Shown piece by piece: positions 59,937 to 64,000 of a stretch of 64,000 nucleotides of DNA. The position numbers and the translations under genes are program-made. The stretch is from positions 2,294,001 to 2,358,000 of the forward strand of contig OZ037769.1 of assembly GCA_964035545.1 (NCBI GenBank). The letters run 5' to 3'. Origin of the DNA: Bugula neritina. Taxonomy: Eukaryota; Animalia; Bryozoa. The notes beneath the pieces are model-generated. The model was not told the origin of the DNA. It did not search any database and saw only the letters and a list, made by a program, of their open reading frames with translations. How positions within the stretch are numbered: the first letter of the stretch is position 1; each line of letters starts with the position of its first letter.

Positions 59937-62900
59937 TTAAAATGACATCAAGACACATGACTGAAAAGTCGAAGATTTAATACTCGGCCAACCTCCATAC
60001 ATGGCAGAGAAAAACGTAAGTTTACATAACCAAGAAGCTGTAATAAGTTGTTCACACATCAAAAAAAAGATAGCCCAAGTTCTATTCCTCACCGTAGACA
60101 CCTGGGCTACACCGTCCCGCTGTTTCTCGGGATGGGCGGGTTTCCACACGGGAGCTGTGGACTGGGGCAGGGGAGATAATCCTCTGATTCTATCAGCACA
60201 CTTCTCGGCTATCATGGTGGTCGGGGCATTCAGGTTGCCGTTAGTGATGCTGGGCATGATGGAGGCATCGACTACACGCAGGTTGGAGGTATCGTGAACT
60301 CGTCCTGCAATAGAGATCAGTGGCAGCTGTATTAGAGCTCAATGTCATAGCAGTGCAAGAAAACATGGGAGTTGTATTTGCTTTACTTTAAAGACTATTA
60401 AAAGGAAATGAAAGATTCCAAAGGTTTGCAGTATTTTCTGGTAATATTAGTAAGTAACAATAAAGTTCAATGCTAAAGGATAAGACAAGAGGCAGCCATG
60501 TTTTCTGTGTGCTAAAGCTGCTGAAAGATAATGAAAAGTTTTCCAAAACAATGATGATAAAGCTCACGGTGTTTTGTGGTACTAAGCACTTACATTATGT
60601 TATTATAAAATATAATGGAAATATAAAACAGCTATATACAACAATAAGGAGTAGCAGATCTACCTTGGTTGTCCACTACAGACATATTATCAGTGCCCAT
60701 CTTACAGGTACAGGATGGGTGGTACGCCGTGTCACACATAGTCTTAATGAAGTGGGCTATTTTTTCATCGGTATCACAATTAGGGCCGGGCTGGATTTCA
60801 CCTGCATGTAGGAGGTATTGCATAATATAGATATATATTAGTTAACTTATTTCAATATACATTCACTAATTAGGCAGATTCAAACTTCAGATAAAAAAAT
60901 ATATTAAAAGAGAATACACATTTTAACTAATTGCATATATAGTTTATAAAAAGGGAGCAGCCGTGGTCTAGGGGTTAGAGTGCTAGTCTAGTAAGCACGA
61001 AGTCATGGGTTCAAACCCAATAAGGGCCTGGGGTGATGTTAGGAAAATCGTCCAGTCATAATTGCTCCTGTGCCTCATATGAATAAGTCCTTAGCCCGCT
61101 TCAACAAAAACTTTTCTGTCAGGGTTTCTCACAGGGATAGTGACTATAAACCATAAAAAATAACATAGCTCTGTTTTCATGGCATAGGCATAGCTTGATG
61201 ATCCTACCATCTGAATACTTGGCTAATGCGGGCTGGTGACAGATCTCCCGTGTTAACTTGATGCACTGCACCATGTCAATCATATCCTGAGGGTGACTGA
61301 AGTAGTTGGGGTCAATAAGTGGGTAGTCGTGAGGGTTGGCAGTCTTTAGCCTTATGGTGCCTCTACTGAGAGCCTGCTGCGCTCCTGTGTGAACCTGAAA
61401 CACACAGCAATACAGAAATAAACTGCTGAACAGCTGGCCTAAGGCTATCAAATCTGTTTAGGTATGATACAGACTGGAAGCCTCATAAGTTTAAAGATGA
61501 AACATTGCAGTCAAATTTCTAATTGAAAATTAAAATGTGTTTTCTGTGAAGTAACCTCTTCCTTTAGCATCAGCAGCTCACGTTGTTTAGCTCATTGTAT
61601 TGTCAATATTCAAATCAAGCAGAACCTCACTCAATCCAACCACTGATTCCATTTCATAGTAAAACATGATTACAGTTGCCGATAGAAACCCAATTTCATT
61701 TTTTATTCATTTGAACACAATTATATATCACTGCATTTAGTTATGTTATAAAATACATATTCAAGTTATAGGAACAATGTGATACTAAAAGGAATGCTGA
61801 AGTCACAAATCTGTGACACACCAGACCACCGACCTGGAAGGCGTGGTAAGGGGCAGGTTTTCTGCCGTGATCATAAAGAGCAGAGGGGAGGAAGTGCCAC
61901 TGTATGTCTGGCTGCTTCTTATTGGGGAAGGTTCTGGAATAAAATTATACATCTGACGTATAAGAATAAACTAAACCACTGATCTATAGTGGTTATTTAT
62001 AACTGTGTATCCTAAAAAAAATCTACTTTGAAATAGCTCATTGCCCGACAACAACAGTATGCTAAAAGTTTAGATACAGTGTCAAGGTCAAACTGTTGTT
62101 TCATCATATAATCACTTGAATCAATGAAAGAATTAGTAAAACTGTGAGGTAAAAACTCTGGACTTATTTTCTCTCATAAACAATCTCCAATAAACTGTAA
62201 GTGACTTGATTAACAGTTGAATTGCATATTTAGGCTAAAACCCCTTCCATGTTACAGCAGAGAACAAAGGCAACCCCACGATAGTTCCTGAAGAAGAGAT
62301 ATGGAGAGGTCATTGTGTTGAAGGTAAGACGTCAATGAACTGGAGAATAACATCCTCTGACAGAATCACGTAACGACGACAATTAGTGGAGTATCACCAT
62401 AACACACAAACATGTGATAGCGAGGCAATCACAGCTATTATGTATCGGATAACACAATTACATAAAATACAATAAGCTACTCAACCATTAACCTGACATT
62501 AGGACCTAGAAATGCTGCCAATATTATTATTGCTGCCATAAATCAATACTATCTACTTGACCAATAGCCAAACACCGGGGTCACCATGAAAACTTGGTAG
62601 CTTGGCATTCTTACTACAGGAAATGGTGATAAAAGTGTTTGGAGTGTACTTCATGTTGTCTGAAATATTTCGTGTCACAGATGTTAACCTCTGAAATGGT
62701 GAAACTACGCATGATTATATCGTTTATTTGCCATAAGTCAAAGCTTCACGTTCCACACCTCATAGTATATATATTTCATCACAAAATCTTCTAACAATGC
62801 CTAAGGCCTAAACCAATACTATCAAAATGTTGTTGTAATATAAAATTAGTTAAACTAAAGATAATTTTATAATTGATAATATTTTGGCTTTGCGCCAAGA

Positions 62901-63571
62901 AGGAGCACCAGTCATACCTGATAAAGCCGCCGGTATCCATGTGGCACCCGGCGCCCCAGCCTGTCTGGGTGAGGAACCACTTCAACCCGATACCCACCAT
63001 GATGTGAGGGAACTTCCACTGTGCCTTGTAGAGAGTTATGGGCTCCTTGCACTTGTGTTGCACTTGCAGCTGAGTACAACATAGACATAAGTTTATATGT
63101 GTACACGCAACTAGCTTGTGCACTTTACAGTACACTAATTAATGATAGACAAAGGAGATACCCATAAGTATTGAACACTAAAATTGCAACGACAAAATTA
63201 TAGATATAAAACTTGAACTATTAAATTTTCTATTTGCAGCAATTTGTCCCAATATCAAGAAAAATACGATAACACTTCATAATTATATAATTATTTTAAA
63301 ATGCCTTGTAATATTTCTTCAAATATAATTACCAAAAAAAAAATAAACTTCACAGATTTTCAAGGTCACTATTCAAATGTCAGAACTGAGACTAAATATC
63401 AGAACCCGGACTAAATATCAAACTTACTTCCAGATGGTCCTGTAAATTCTCGCCCACACCTGGCAGGTTGACTTGAGGCTCAATGCCAATACTTCTCAGG
63501 TGCTCCTCAGGTCCTATACCTGATAGTAGGAGAAGTTGGGGCGAATTGATAGCTCCCCCGCTAAGTATCAC
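59937..63571 (-). CDS. CHDH: Choline dehydrogenase (GMC oxidoreductase), 3' half; 5' exons lie beyond the right edge
   Basis: Exons 63428-63571 ([20 protein letters not shown]...[12 protein letters not shown]), 62918-63069, 61834-61933 ([10 protein letters not shown]...HAFQ), 61208-61394 (SRG...PLIDPNY), 60664-60801 ([12 protein letters not shown], catalytic His) and 60304 downward ([27 protein letters not shown]). The end is either the stop at 59937 or a donor at 60093. Confidence 0.93.
60953..61152 (+). mobile_element. tRNA-Thr(AGT)-derived SINE, best-preserved copy (about 200 bp)
   Basis: GCCGTGGTCTAGGGGTTAGAG (A box), GTCTAGTAA (AGT anticodon loop), TGGGTTCAAACCC (B box), then about 130 bp of non-tRNA body shared with the other copies. 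Confidence 0.9.
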
Positions 63572-64000
63572 CTGAAAAAGAAGATTCACAGTCTAAAGTG
63601 CCTAGAGAGTAAACTGGTATTTCTATACTCACTAAAAACATATCCAATGAAAAAAAGTTATATAGTAAATTTATGTGAGTATTTAAAATTAATCAGAAAA
63701 TATTATTTTAATGAACTAGATTCTAGAAGTTAATGTTAAAAACATTTATTTGAAAAATGTCAACAATTCTACGCCCTTAGCAGCTTTTATAAGGAGTGCT
63801 GATAATTAGAAACTGGTTAATTGTTCTGTTCAAAGAAAAGCACTTCAAAGACTGAACGTGCGAAAATCCAAATTGTAATTACATAACAAGTGTGCTGAAG
63901 TTTCCTATTACTTTATTGTCTAATAAATTATTAAATAACATGTATATTCATTATATGGGAATGCTATATATATCAAACTGAATTACTATCCTTAAAAACC

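Noticed and set aside
60953-61025. Functional tRNA-Thr gene
   Set aside because: Acceptor and anticodon stems do not pair properly, and the sequence continues into a body shared by dispersed copies, so it is a SINE.
60093-63571. Horizontal transfer of bacterial betA suggested by GC-richer CHDH exons
   Set aside because: The gene has multiple spliceosomal introns and animals natively encode CHDH; GC content alone is not evidence. A phylogeny would be needed.

Overview
AT-rich, intron-rich eukaryotic DNA from an invertebrate animal (probably a lophotrochozoan; inferred, not shown). Five spliced genes can be built by hand with GT-AG junctions and consistent phases. (1) The 5' part of a minus-strand receptor gene (167-10136) that runs off the left edge. 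(2) Its complete tandem paralog (12430-30288, 34 exons, about 1484 aa): signal peptide, divergent F-type-lectin/discoidin-like domain, five FN3, furin-cleaved juxtamembrane domain, TM, Tyr-motif linker, PTP D1 and pseudophosphatase D2. (3) A small Shisa-like membrane protein on + (37126-42348). (4) A DEG/ENaC channel on - (45724-56852) with non-canonical gating and pore residues and a furin-flanked finger insert. (5) The 3' half of choline dehydrogenase on -. Intron 1 of gene 1 holds a young BEL/Pao LTR retrotransposon (5-bp TSD, LTRs differ at 5 of 456 bp). It lacks PBS and gag, carries a nested MITE and a LINE-like 3' tail, and has a 113-bp hairpin at its 3' LTR end. A decayed Gypsy LTR-PBS-gag relic lies just upstream of gene 1 on the same strand. 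The window also has about 8 copies of a tRNA-Thr-derived SINE, several MITEs and many micro/minisatellites. The best candidate for an undescribed system is the tandem, diverged lectin-like/FN3 RPTP family with ITSM/ITIM-like motifs, possibly recognition or immune receptors.
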